NCBI GenBank assembly: GCA_001179505.1
Contig: CDMY01000869.1
Location: forward strand, 124,001 to 188,000
Source: Vitrella brassicaformis CCMP3155
Taxonomy: Eukaryota > Protista > Chromerida
Reading direction: 5' to 3'
Length of the DNA: 64,000 nucleotides
How positions within the stretch are numbered: the stretch's first letter is position 1; the number at the start of each line of letters is the position of its first letter. The notes under the pieces were generated by a model. That model was not told the origin of the DNA, searched no databases, and was given only the letters and a program-made list of their open reading frames with translations. Made by a program: the position numbers and the translations under genes. Shown one piece after another: positions 50,001 to 61,300 of this stretch.

Positions 50001-53000
50001 TGCGTCTCCTGTCGTTGGCGAGCCGGTGAGCCGAGACAGTGATGGGGTGGTCGGGATGCACCAGGGCAGACCGACGTCTGTCCCTCCCTCCCTCCAGCTC
50101 CTCCCGCTCGTCGCGTCGTCCCTGCCCACCGCTGCGAAGCGACGGGTGCCACGACGGCCGAGGCTGGCCTGCAAAGGGGAGGGTCGGCGACATGTGGGAT
50201 GCCGGGGGGCCGTCGTCTCGCGGACCCACGCGATGAGGAGGTCCACGAGCGGAGCCGAACGACTCGTCTTCGTACCGCTCGTCCATTGGCGGCAGGCCCT
50301 CCATCGGATGCGACCCGCGTCGGGCGTAGCGATCCTGCTCCCTCATGTCACGATCGCCAGGGCCTCGCGCCGGCGGCACATGGCGCTCGGGGCCGGGCGA
50401 TGCGGCCTGGTGCTGGTGCTGTGGGTGGTGTGGCTGCAGCTGGCGAGCCAAGGCAGCAGCGTCTTCCCTCTCCGCAAGGCGACCCTTGCCGCCCTCCCTG
50501 TGTGCCGGGTGTGAGGGATGCAGCGACGGCCGATACTGGGGAGGGCTCCCCGCCAGACGACCGACGGGTGGCCTCTGGTGGTGGGGCTGCTGCATCATGT
50601 CTCGTGGTGGCCGGGGATGTGAGTGAAGGGCGAGGATCTTGGGCGGGCGAGTGGGATGGCCGCCGTCGTGCGGACGGTAGGGCGGCCCGTGATCAAAGCG
50701 GTCGTACTGGCCGCCTCCTCCCTGGTGCCTCGGGGGCCCTCGGCCACCACCGCGGGGATGCGGCGGGTGGTGCAGGCGTGGAGGATGATGGCCCCCACGG
50801 TCCTCCCGCTCCCTCTCGACCCTCTCCCGACCCACCTGCTGGTGCTGCGCCCCCGGTGACGATGACTGACGGTTGTCGGAACCCGACAGTGATCGGGCCG
50901 CCGCGGCCTGACCCGCATCAGCAGGGAGCGGGTCCATGGTCCCAACACCGATCTCACGCAGTCGGGGCATCTCCTCAGTGGCTGGTGCGTGGAAAGGCGG
51001 GACCTCATGGGCGTGAGGCGCCATTGGCGGCTGCTCCCCGGGCGTCGGCAGGATGACGGGAGGGGGAAAGGTACCGTGACCTCTCGCCTCGTCCGTCGGC
51101 GCCTTCTGCCGCTGCTGCTGCTGTACCTGCTGTGCCTGCTGCTGCTGCTGCTGCTGCTGGGCGGCCTCACGACTCTCCTCCGGCTGTATCTGAAGCTGTT
51201 GCGGCACCTCAGGCCCGGGCGGTCTGGCCTGAACACCACCGCTCAGCACGAAGCCATCGACAGCAGGTCCCACAGCAATCTCCTGTTGCGGACGCTGCTG
51301 CTGTTGCTGCACAGACGGATGGAAGGCCGCCATGGGGTGGTCAGCAGGGGGGCCAGCGGCAGAGGGGTGGGCCTCTAGCTGCAGATCCGACGGCGACTGA
51401 TTCTGGACCGGTGACGGGCCCCGCAGCAGAGGCGCGTTTGCGACGCGTTTCTTCGTGTTGACTCCGCCAAAGTCCCCACTGTGGGACCGCTGGGTGATGG
51501 GCGTGGCGTCGGCGCCGAAGTGCTGCTGCTGGGGGTGCATCGCTGCCTGACCAGCGAGCTGCTGCCCTGGGATCTGAGCCTGTCCTTGCGGCTGGGGAAG
51601 CTGCTGTTGTTGCTGCCGCGGCATGACCGACAGACTCGGCTGCCACACGTCCGCCTGCTGCTGCTGCTGGTGGGGCTGGGGCTGAGGCTGTTGCTGCTGC
51701 TGCATGGCCACCATGTCGCCTCCCTGCGGCTGTTGCTGCTGCTGGACTGCCATGCCCTGGCTGGCGATGCCTTGCATCGCCACGTGGTGAAGCCATGCGG
51801 GGAAGCCGGCGTGACCGAAGGCCCCGGCCTGCTGGATGGCGGCAGCAGCGGCCATGGGGCTGGCCTGGGATGAGTCGATGGACATGCTGCCGTCGGGGAG
51901 CTGCATCTGGTTGGCGAATGCCATGCCGCCTGCAGCCGATGGGTCCTGGAGGGGGTAGTTGTTGTTGAAGGCCTGGGGGATGGGGGACGACATGGTCGCC
52001 TGGGAGCCGTCACCACTCTGACTGTACGCGTACTGCATACCTGATAGATACATAGACAGATAGGGACAAACAACACGCACATACATAGCACAACACAACA
52101 CAACACACATACGGTATGACGGTGTGGGTGTGGGTGTGGTGAGCTTCCCTCCCTCCCTCCCTCCCATCTGCCCATCTGTCTGTCTGTCTGTCTGCTTGAT
52201 CCATCCATCCATCCATCCATCGCTCACTCACCCTGCATAGATCCATTCATCCATTCGCCCATGCCAATCTGCTGGAAGTACAACTGCCCAGACATCTCGT
52301 CAACACCACCGCCGCCCAGCCCCGTCCCCCATCCCCCAGTAAACGGAGCAGCGTCGGCATTCAGACCACTGGCGCTCGCACTCGCCCCTCCCCCAGCCTG
52401 AACATGACCTCCCCCCTGCTGCTGTTGTTGGGGCTGCTGCTGCTGCTGCTGCTGCACCTGCATGGCCGCCTGTTGGTGGTGCTCGGACATGATCAGGTTC
52501 CGAAGATCGACCCCTTCGGCCCCGTTGACTGCAAAGAGAACCACAGCACAAAGGAATGATGAATGGCATGGGTGGCTGGTGAGGCGTGTGTCGTGTGTGA
52601 CTAACCCATGCGCAGACGCCCGCCCGCTCCGGGAATGTGGGGCGGCTGCTGCTGATGCCACGGCCCGCCAGCCGAGTGGGGCGGCTCGCCAGAGATGGAG
52701 CTGCGCGTGGGGATGGACTGGTCGCTACCCACTGCCGCACCGCCGCCGCCGCCGTGAAACGAAGAAGGCGCCACCGGCACCATGCCCTCGCTCCGCTGCT
52801 GCTGCTGCTGCTGCTGGTGCTGGTGAGAGGTCGTGTCCTGTGCCGCGGCCATGTCGCCTGCCTCCTGGGACTCTCGTGGCTTGATGAAGGTGGGCAGCTC
52901 GTGAGCGGCCGGGGGCGGAGGTGGCGCCATCGACTGGTGTGCGAAGGGCTGCTGGTCGGAGGGCGACGGAGCGAAACCAGACTGCTGCTGCATCCTGATG

Positions 53001-55126
53001 AGGTTCTCCTCCTCGTTCTCAAACATCGGTCCAGAGAACTGCGGCGGACTGGGCGGCCCCTCATAGGGCGACGCGGGCGACTCCTGGGACACATGAGCGT
53101 GTGTGTACCACTCCTGGGGCGGTGGAGGGGGCGACTGGCCGAACGGCGGTGGGGCCTGCGATGGGGGTGGCGGCTGCTGAGACTGACGGACGGCCCCCTC
53201 TCCCGGGCTGCTGCGATGCTGCTCGGGCCGGCGGGGGTAGGGCGACTCGGGGGGCGGCTGGTGGTGCTGCTGGCCCATCCTCATCTGCGAGCCACCGTGC
53301 TGCAGCCCCTGCATGTGCTGCTGCTGCTGGAAGGGCTGGCTCTGCGGGAAACCCTTGGTGGGAGGATGGTTGCCGGAGACGGGCGGCCGATAGCCCGCCT
53401 GCTGGGGGGACTGGGAGCCATGTCCTGACCGGCCGCCGCCTGGTGGATTGATAAGGATGGCCCCTCGGTCGCCCGGCCTATCACCACTGTCGCCCTGCCT
53501 TCCCGGGTAGTGTGGAAGGTGGTACCCCCCTTGCTGCTTCATGGCCTGCTGCATGCTGCGGGGAATCACCTCGGGCCCAGGAGTGGGCAGCAGATGACCT
53601 TGCGGCCCGTCCGGCCGTCCCGGTCCCATGCCGGGCGGCCCAGAGCCCCGGCCTCTCGGTGGGGGAAAGCCACCCCTCGGGGTCGAGAAGGGGAGGGGAG
53701 GCGGGCGTGGAGGGGCGGCCTTGCTGGCGTGCTGCTGCACGGCCCTCTGCTCGTGACCTGCAGTGCATTGCATTGCATGCACAGAAGAACAGACAGACCG
53801 CCGACCATAATATAGGGTAGGTGCATGAGAGTGAGCATGAGCGAGTGCCCCGCCCCATGCCACCCACCTGTGTCGTCATCCTCCATCATGTCTGCCCACT
53901 TCCTGGGGGGACCCGTGGCCTGCTCCTGCTGCTGTGACGGCTGGCCGCCCTCTCCACTGGTGTGATCCCCTCCTCCGTTGAACGGCATGCCCTGGTGATG
54001 TGGTGGTGGTGGCCGATAGTGGTGGCCCCCCTCGGCTGGTGGGTGGCGGGGTGTGGGGAGGGGACGGTGTGGTGGCGGCGGGTGAAACGCACGATCGCCA
54101 GACGGATGGGAAGATGACGCATCCCTGACGGACGGACCACGCCGTGTGTGTGATCGATCAGGGAGGGGGAGAGGGAGGGAGGGATGGTAATGCGTCTGTG
54201 TATGTGTCTGTGTCTGTGTATGTGTGTGTCTGTACCTGTCCCTCTCACTGCCCCAGAGTGGCTGCCCGCCGTTGGAGTCGGAACCCTGGGAATCTGCACA
54301 CACCACACAGACGATGGATGTGATGTATCCCCTCCCCTCCCCTGCCTGAGTGGCTGACCACTCTGAGTGTGTGGTTGTGTTGCGTACCGGTGTGTGTGTG
54401 TGTGGGCGGTCTCGGCCGTGCAGGTGCCCGCCCTCCCCCCGAGAACGGTGCAGGCTGGCGATGGTCATCACGACCACCTGACACACACGCACAACGCACA
54501 CACACGCAGAGCGGGCAAAGACAGCCAGACCACGTCAGTTGATTGACGCACGAACAGCAGTCACGTGTGTCACTCACTGACCAAGGAATGTTCGCTGATG
54601 GTTCTTATCTTGCCACGAGTCTTGCTGAAAGCCCTCAACGCGCCGCATCCTGACACACCACATGCAAGCCGACACACAGACGTGAGAAGGGCGGACAAAT
54701 CAAGGGCTTTGAGACACAGGCGGCCTCCACCCGTCCATGGACACCACTCATGACAGTCTGTGCTGCGTGCTGTGCCTGCCTGTCCCCCTCAGTCGCTCTC
54801 TGGTGGGTGTTGCGTTGCGATGTGCATGGCAGTGATCGAGCGGCATGCGCACACACCGACACTTCCCTGGCCCGTCTGCCTGGTCTGTGTGCACTCGCCC
54901 ACCCTCCCTGGGTCCCTTCTCATCGGTCCACCTGCCTGTTCTCCTCTCTGAGTGTGTGTGGTCTCATTCTCACTTACTCTGCGGATCTGCTAGGCAGTGT
55001 CTCGGTAGGATCTGCCCATTCCTCGGGCGGGATCACTGTCCTATGATGATGCCGCGTCCCTTGCTTCCTCGCGTGGCGGGATTCTCGCTTCTCGTTCTTC
55101 CCAGCCTCCAACGGATGATCTGACAT
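47060..55126 (-). CDS. Giant low-complexity Q/P/G/R/A-rich protein with RGG boxes (~2200+ aa), probably an RNA-binding intrinsically disordered protein
   Basis: ORFs 47060-49591, 49633-52227 and 52601-53863 join phase-consistently (A|AG at ~49633/49540; G|GT at ~52230/52039; G|TC at ~52609/52530). PolyQ tracts, RGGGRGGRFPRGRG and KWADMMEDDD. The 5' exons and start (55126, or ~54645) are uncertain. Confidence 0.75.
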
Positions 55127-55379
55127 ATATCTACCGCATGCGCATCTACGACTAGGCTCCAACACGCTCAGGCGGGAAAACGGGTCGCGCAAATTGCGAG
55201 CTTTCGTGCGAGCTTAGAACAAATGTAGGATTGCACACACGGCGAAAATATAGCAGGAAGGACGGGATGAGAGATCCGTCATCCTTCACAGAAGTTACGA
55301 TGCGTTATTCTTGGTCTCTTCCATCGAGTTCATCCCACCTGGCCGTGCAGTCCGTATGAGAGGCTATCGGTGAGCAGCA
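55127..55379. promoter_or_regulatory. Divergent spacer upstream of the ATM-like gene with two tandem GCGAGCTT copies
   Basis: GCGAGCTT at 55196-55203 and 55208-55215. The 13-mer GTGCGAGCTTAGA (55206-55218) is identical to 6899-6911. Confidence 0.5.
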
Positions 55380-58300
55380 ATGGACCGGCTGGACAAGCTG
55401 AGCGATATCCTGAAAGAACTGGGTGCGGACTCAGTCACACAGCGGAGGAAGGGCCTCAAGGGTGAGCCGCGTAGATCTGCACAGCATGCAGATCCTGCAC
55501 GTCACTGCGGATGGGTGTGTTGTATTGTGTGGCAGAGCTGAAGGACTTCCTGGACGATCCGCAGCGCATCCTGATGATTGAGCGGGCCGAGGACATGACA
55601 GACGTGTGGACAGCTGTCGGCAGATTGTGAGCCACCAACCTTACGCAGACCAGACTTGGTCCCATCGCCATGGATTCGACCGTCACCTCTCTGTGTCGTG
55701 TGTGTGTGTGTGTGTGTGTTCCGCTCGCAGTCTGGTTGAGGCGATGCAGAAGGAGGTGAGCTGTCGACGCACGCCACGCCCAGGGGACGGGTGGTGGTGG
55801 GGTGGGGTGGGGTGCCTGCCTGGATCTCTGTCGTTGCATGTGTTGTGCTGTGTGGCAGATCAAGCGCATCCAGCACAGCAAGTCCAAGAAAGGTAAACCA
55901 CGGAATGCCATGTCTGCCCCACCCACCACCTTGCTTTGCTGCACCACCTGTCATATCACCTCATGTGCCTGTATATGTGTGTGTGCGCGCAGCCCCTCCC
56001 AAGTTCGACCCGAATGATGCGACGCTGTTCCATGGCATTGTGACGGTGATAGAGCGGCACGGCCCCAAGCTGGTGGTGTGCGCCGACGAGTACTTCAACC
56101 ACCTGTGTGAGGTGCTGAGGGACGACGGCCAGGTGTCGCCGCGGCCCGCATGGGGAGAGGCCTACCTGGGTGTGCTGCTTGCCATGGTGTCCAGACAGCA
56201 GTACACCTACAAACTCACAGAACACCACTTGAGAGGTGCAGCAGACAGTCGACCGACCCACCCACCGTGGGGAGCGGGAGGAGGTGGATCTCTATCTCGT
56301 TTTCTGTGTGTGGTGTGTTTATGACCTTCATTCAGATTTCCTGAAGGTGTTGTCTGGCTTTTCGCTGACGCCGAAGCACATGTGCATGCAGACGCTCCAG
56401 ATACTCTGCGCCAACGCATACGGTGGGCGACAAAGGGAAGCAGTCAGACAGACAGTCAGACAGACAGACAGACAGGCAGGCAGGTCAGCTGTGTGGTGGG
56501 CTGTGTCGTTCCAGGTGACATCAGCCAGAAGCTGCCGACGATTGTCTCTACTGTCTTCGACAAAATCATCCAGCTTGAGTGAGTGAGCGACTGAGTGAGT
56601 GAGCAGAGAATACGTACACACACACACAAACGTATGTGTCCATTGTGTTACGCTGTGCTTTAAGTGAGGAGAAGGAGTTCAAGCCGAGCAATCAGTCACT
56701 CGTCGACGCCACTGTGCTCTGCGCCACCAGGTGATGCAGTGAATCAACTTTGTGTGAATCAACTGTGATGTGACTTGTTTGATTGATCTGACTCGTTCGT
56801 TCATTGTGTGTGTGTGTGCGTGCCAGTTTGGCTCTGTTGTCGCCGCTTCAGTTCCAGGACACCCTGCTGCGCAAACCCAAGATATTCGCCGCGCTCAAAA
56901 TACTTGTGCGGGTACGCCAGCAAACGGCACACAGCCAATCAATTCACCGCTGCTGCATTCTCTGTTGCTGTGCTTGTGACTTGGCGCGTGTGTGCAGACA
57001 TTTCGGTCTCTCAGCTCCAAATCGAAGGTCAGTCCAGAGGACAGCGAAAATGTGTTGACTGCGTGTGTGTGTGTGTGTGTGTATGTCTTTCATCTGTGGT
57101 GTGTGTGCGCAGGAGCGTTTGATAGTGTTGCTGCGTCTGGTGGTGGTGGTGTTTAGGTCGTCAGATACGCGCCTGCCAAAAGCACTCTCCACTGGTGGGG
57201 GAGCGACAAAGACGCTGGTGGGTGCACAAACGCTGATTTGTGTCTTTGTCTGTGTGGTGCAGGTGCTCTGCGGTGGACGTTGAAGAGTCTGCTTAGCATC
57301 CTGCCGTACTACATCGAAACGCTTCTCTCAGTGGTGATGATAGGCAGGCGTACGATGGACACACTCTCATTTCATTGGAATCTCTGCGTGTGCTACCTTG
57401 CAGAAGAGCGAGCAGAAGGGACGGCCGGACCGACAGGCACACGAATGTGGTGGGCAGTGAATGAGCCACCGTCCACTTCGTGCCGTCTTCACTTGGTGTA
57501 TATGTATATGTCAGTCATCATCGCATACCAGGATCAGTTGGGCATGTCGGCCCCTTCGGACGACGCCAACCACCGGACGAGCTCATGTTTCGGCATCCGG
57601 GGCCTCAACTCGGCCGTCGAGCTGCTCACTGACATCGTGTGGGAGGTACGCACCGACACACCATGATATCCGCACACACCTCGCCTGTGTGTGTGTGCCT
57701 GTGTGTCACACAGGCGTTCCAGCATGTGGAGTACCGTCGCATGTTTAGTGGTGATTCGGCCGCACAGGGCGGCGACACGTCATCGACACTCGCCAGTCAG
57801 GCCTCACAAATGTACCCGCCGGTCATCACACCCGAGGAGCAACGGTCGGCGCTGATGAGTACGACAGCGATCCATCTCGTGTGAGTACGTGTGTTTCTTG
57901 TACACATCTCCATCAGTGTGAAGGGCAGTGGAGAGGGCAGCGACATGCTGCGGTACTTCGAGAGGTTCCTGCACGGACCACGGGCCTCTGCATGGTACGT
58001 ACGTACGTACGCAAGCACACACACCTGCTGCTGGCCGTCATGCATGTGATGATATCAGGTGTCTGGTGCTGGCCCGTATGTGCGAGAAGGCCTGTCTGCA
58101 GCTCCCGCTGGCCGACCTGAGGGCCCTCTACCAGTTCATGACGGAGAAGCTCGAAGAAATGACACAAGCCATACTAGCGGGGTCAGTGACCGAGGGGTCA
58201 GCATGCAAAATGTGCAATCGATCGGTATCATGTTTTCTCCCCACGCCTCACTTGCAGTGTGTTGCCGCACTCTCTCGGCATCCCTTCTCTGCGCGGCACG

Positions 58301-61300
58301 TCGTTCGCCCCCGACCTGTCAGACGTCTACTGCTGGCTGCTCGGGCAGACGGCCGTCCTCGAGTGCCTCTTCCTCAACCATCTGCTCGCACCACAGCGCT
58401 GCACGGCACCGACACAAGGCGACACACCCAGCACTTCAGCAGAGGATGGAGGGAGTGACGTACCTTCGCCGCAACACACCACCCAGTTCAACGCGGTGCC
58501 GCTGCAGATGAGTGTGCTCACCACCAACAACGCCGCCTTCTGCTCGTCGCGCGGCGGTGTGGCAGACGTGCCCGCCATCCACACGCCGTCCGAGTGGGAG
58601 GACACACTGCTCGCGAGTTTGCGGTGGCTGCTGTCGAGTCTGCCGGCACTGCTGGCGGCCCGCTACACGCGGTTCTCAGAGGCCAAGAGTGCGCTGTGCC
58701 GGCTGCTCCACCACCTGCTGGTGCTGCTCCCATCCAACAGCATCCGACAGGAGATCGCCGCATTCGCACAGCTGCGGCTATTCGACGCACAGGTGCAGCG
58801 TCATGGCTCTGGTGCGATCGCGATGGCCACACAGCCCTTCTGGCTGGCCGAGTCTTGCGTGGCCATCGCGTCTCGGCACCGCCACACTCTCCCGCCGCAT
58901 GTGGTGAATCGGCTGCTGGCGTTCTCTGTGTCGATCGGCGAGAGCCTCAAGTCGCGCCACCTGGTCGTGCAGGCCGCCAGCCTGTTCAGCGCACTCCACC
59001 AGCACCAGCAACATCCCGCTGTCAACAATACACTCAAGGAGCTCCACCTCTCAGGTGAGCGATCAGACCACACCGAAAGCCCAGCCTCAGTTATATGTTC
59101 AATGTGCTGCGTGTATGTGTGTACCAAACAGCTTGTCTGCCCTCTGTCTGGCATGAGTGTCTGGAACTGGAGGTGACGGCCGAGGGCGAGGCGGGCGAGG
59201 GCAACAGTGTCGCTGGGGCCATGCTGGCCGCCACGCCAGGCGACAGTGAGGTGGTCGAGGACGCCATGCTCGCCAGAAGCGGCACTGCACTCTTGATGCG
59301 GCCCACACTCTCAGACTGGGGCATCTCCCACCCCCCGACACCCCCCGAAGCCATCGGCCCCGCCCCCCTCCCACCCCACTCGATGGCGCTCCTTCACGCG
59401 GCCGTCGCTCGCAGCGTCGACACCCTCCTCCCGTTCTTCCTCAACGAGACCGAGGATGAGGTGGTCGCCACCACACCCACACACGGCAAGTCTCGCCGTG
59501 CGGGGATGTTCTTCCAGACCGTCCACGAGACAGGGGCGGCGGCTGCGGCCGCCGCTAGTGCAGGGGCGGGAGGCACGGACGAAGCGACGCGGCGGCATCC
59601 GTTGTTGCAGTCGACAGACGGATTCTGGATGCCGAGTCTATCCAAGAGCGCCTTCCAGGCCGTCATTGGGCTGCTGAGAGTGCTCTGGCTGGCGACCAAG
59701 GTCTCGTGTCCTGCCCCAGCTGACGCGCCGGATGCGCCTGAGGTGCACGACTGCAGCTCGCTGGACTCCGGGGTGTGGCTGGGTATCCATCTGGTGGTCT
59801 TCTGGCTGCACCGACTGCTCGAGGGCAAGACCACCAAGAGCACCAACGAGGCCACACAGAAGGAGATCCGGGCCTTCGCGTCGGCCATCTGGCTGGAGCT
59901 GGCGGAGCTGCTGGCGATCAGTGAGCGGCACGGCCTCCCCTTCTCGTGCAATTACCCCGTCATGAACAACAAGGCCAGCAGGCGCATCGTGTCCAGCCAG
60001 ACCGGCAAACCAAGATGCTCATTCGCACTCTTCCTCGACACATCCGCCGTTCTCAACGATCGCATCAACGCGGGAGGAGCTCTCGAGTCACAGGGGGGCC
60101 AGGCAGCCGGCGAGGGCACGCGGCTGCTGTCCGTGGCCACCCTCAGAGGCCGGCTGATGGCTCTGCTGCAGCGAACAGTGAACCTCAGCGTCACATCGGC
60201 TGTGGTGGCCACCAGCCCCACTGAGCCCTCTTCGTCTAATCGCAACCACCGGCGCGCGGCCCCGGCAGCAGCGGCCGCAGGTGCAGCCCGCACGCAGCAG
60301 CGAGCATCGGCGGCCCCGCAGCTGGACCCAGAAGACGATGCAGACGACTTCGGAATGCGCACACCACCCAGGCCCGGCCAGGATGGAGGCCATCAGGGTG
60401 CGGACATGGCTGATGCCTTCTTCGAGGATCAGCAGGGGGACAGAGACGGGAGGGCCCAGGGCAAGCCAACCGACATGGAGATCGAGTGGCAACTGCCGCG
60501 GCACGGCGGGCCGAAAGGCGCTACCCCTGCAGAGTCGGAGCTTCTCTCGACCTTTCTGCCTTCTCGGGCGGCGGTGATCCGTATCCAGGTGGACCTGCTG
60601 GTCAATCCTGCACGGACTGTCGGGCCGGTGGATGAAGCCACAGACAGACTCTACAGCGGCATGCTGAAGGTGAGACTCTCACATCACGCAGGCACCCCAT
60701 CAATCGCAGGGCACGCTGTCATCACGCATGTGTGCATTTCAGGCACTGGAGTCACTGGTAATGGACGAGCAAGTGGCGGATCGGCAGCAGGCTCGACGCA
60801 GCGGGGAGGAGGAGACCGCCTCAAGAATGCCCTGCGCCCAGCAGATGGGAGTCTTCGCACTGGTCGTCACCGCACTCGTGTCCAGACGCCCACCGATCCA
60901 CCTGTCAGGTGCCATGACCATTGTGGGGATGCTGTGCCGGTGCGCCATTCGCCTTGCGGCCCTGAATGTGCAAATGGCGCTCATGGTGGTGTTTCCCCTC
61001 TGCCGGCTGGTGCTGTGGGCCATCGACACCAGCCGCAGCGCCGGCAAGGAGTGGGAGCTGTGCGGCGTGCTCACGCACCTCACGGGCGGCAACGACTCGC
61101 CCGCAGTGGTGTGCCGGCTGCTGAGCAGCCTGGCCAAGCGACACAAGATCTTCACTCCCCACCACCACGTTGCCTTCGGCGTCATGGCGGCGTCGACGCT
61201 CCGGTTCCTCCAGAGGTGGGCGGGCTCAGGGGTGGACTGGCCATGCGCGTACACAAACAGACAGACACTCGTGTGTGTCTGGTCGTAGGAACAAGCATCG

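Noticed and set aside
49354-53428. Several long plus-strand ORFs (386, 263 aa and others) opposite the giant disordered gene
   Set aside because: Shadow or alternate frames of GC-rich low-complexity coding sequence (polyL/polyA arising from CAG repeats).
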